From positions 30,132,001 to 30,196,000 of the forward strand of contig NC_083290.1 of NCBI RefSeq assembly GCF_963506605.1: a stretch of DNA of 64,000 nucleotides. The letters are read 5' to 3'. Source of the DNA: Zootoca vivipara. Lineage: Eukaryota. This document shows, in pieces, positions 62,497-64,000 of the stretch. The translations under genes and the position numbers were made by a program. Below the pieces are notes generated by a model. That model did no database searches. It worked only from the letters and a program-made list of their open reading frames with translations, and was not told the origin of the DNA. Each line of letters opens with the position of its first letter. Positions within the stretch are counted from its first letter, which is position 1.

Positions 62497-64000
62497 TAAC
62501 CAATTATCAACATCAAACAGTTCTTAATGGAAGTTAAAATCCAATGTCAGCTAGTGGTTCCCCCTTAGATTTGAATTGGAATGAGTCCTAGGACTCAGCT
62601 ACATTAGTAAAAATAAAATGTTATAAATGCATGTGCCTACTTCATGGGAGTTCCAGAGGGTGGCAACATGAGAACAGGTCTTTGCAGTGGTGGCTCCTTC
62701 TTTGTGAAATGCTCTCTTCAAGGAAAGTCACCTGGTATAATCTGTATCTATTTTTAGGCACCAAGCAAAAACCTTCATTTTTACCCAGGCTTTTGGCTTT
62801 GAAGGGGTTTTAAATATTTGTGGCCGCTTTTGGCGGGGCAGGATCTGCTAGATATGTGTTTTGTTTATATAGATGTGATTTTTTAGTTCTGTATTTTTTT
62901 TAAAAAAAGATTTTTAATTGTGTTCATTGTAGTTGGTTTTAGTATTTCTATTGTGCTTGTAAAATTGCTTTGAGTCATTTCCATGAGTAAAGTGGCAAAT
63001 AACTCATCACCAACACAATATGTCCTTTCTTCAACCCTCCTGATAGAAACCAGATCTCTGCATGCTTAGGGTATGACATGATACACACCTTAAGATTTTA
63101 TAGTCGGTTTGAATTACGAGCAGCAGTTTCCTGTCTCAAAAACAGAATTCCTTGTGAAATAGTTGTAATTACATAATGCCCAATTCAAGTTGCATCATGT
63201 TTGATGGAAAGTTTTTATAACTATGGGGAAGTTACAACTTTTGACCCATGGTCCTGGAAGGAGGAAGTCAGTTAATTAAGTTCTTTTATTGTAACAGTTT
63301 ATTAGTCCTGTGCATGTTTACTTGGGAGTAAGCCCTATTGAACTTGATGGAACTTGCCTCTGAGTGGATAGGCATGGGATTGCAGTGTTAGATTTCCGTC
63401 CCATTTACACATTTGTATTATGTTACTTTTCCCACTTCACATTTATTTTTAAACTTCTGTTCTAGACAAGGAATGTCATTTTTGTTATGCACTGCCACGT
63501 AAATGTTGTTTATTCCTAGATTAAATGTGATTTTAGCCTCATAGCATTTGGTTGCTGGTGTTGTAGTATGTCTTTGTATATGTACTGAGAGGATTATTGA
63601 GATCTGTAACTGCGGAGAGTTTGGACTCAGCTACATTAGTAAAGAAACAGGGATTTGAATGCCCTATAAATGTGCAACAGCAGATGGCGGCAGAGAGCAG
63701 GAAATTTTAAAATGTGGTTTTCCATAGGGATTTCTTTCTTTTGTTATGATTGAGTGGAATTCTATGTTAGGAGTTTGCTGTTTTCTATATTTTATTTATG
63801 GATGTTGAGGTTTTCTATACTGCATTTAATTTTAATTTTTGGTAAATTGCTTGGTAATCCTTTCTGATGAAAAGTGGTATAGTCATACCTGAAATAATAA
63901 ATAAGTATATAAAATATGCAGAGTTTAGGCCCAAACAATGAGAATTCATAGAAAACAAAAAGGACACCCCCCACAAAAACTAACAAAATCAAAACTAGCA

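Noticed and set aside
59200-64000. Exons of the next syntenic gene (JAML in mammals)
   Set aside because: An acceptor-like site near 61308 exists, but no coding exon with Ig or signal-peptide features could be supported.

Overview
This is vertebrate genomic DNA. The repeat content (Sauria/POM SINE, Squam3-like SINE, BovB, Penelope, L1, L2, hAT and Tc1/mariner MITEs) suggests a squamate, probably a lacertid lizard (inference). The window is the conserved CD3 cluster: UBE4A (-, 19 coding exons, 105-13132), a single CD3 gamma/delta gene (+, 15658-23454), CD3E (-, 25936-30888), MPZL2/EVA1 (+, 41441-47205) and MPZL3 (+, 49984-57166). All exon chains were reconstructed by hand with consistent GT-AG phases. 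Most notable points: (1) the only CD3 gamma/delta chain has Ser where the transmembrane Asp/Glu normally drives TCR-CD3 assembly, while CD3 epsilon keeps its Asp; (2) an orphan CpG island plus a spliced-looking terminal exon between CD3E and MPZL2 encodes an 86-aa coiled coil resembling a truncated L1 ORF1p; (3) a Penelope-type insertion carries an intact minimal hammerhead ribozyme; (4) a candidate T-cell enhancer lies between the convergent CD3 genes; (5) a CD3E mini-exon is probably hidden in the N gap. Repeat family names and orthologue comparisons are from recall, not database searches.
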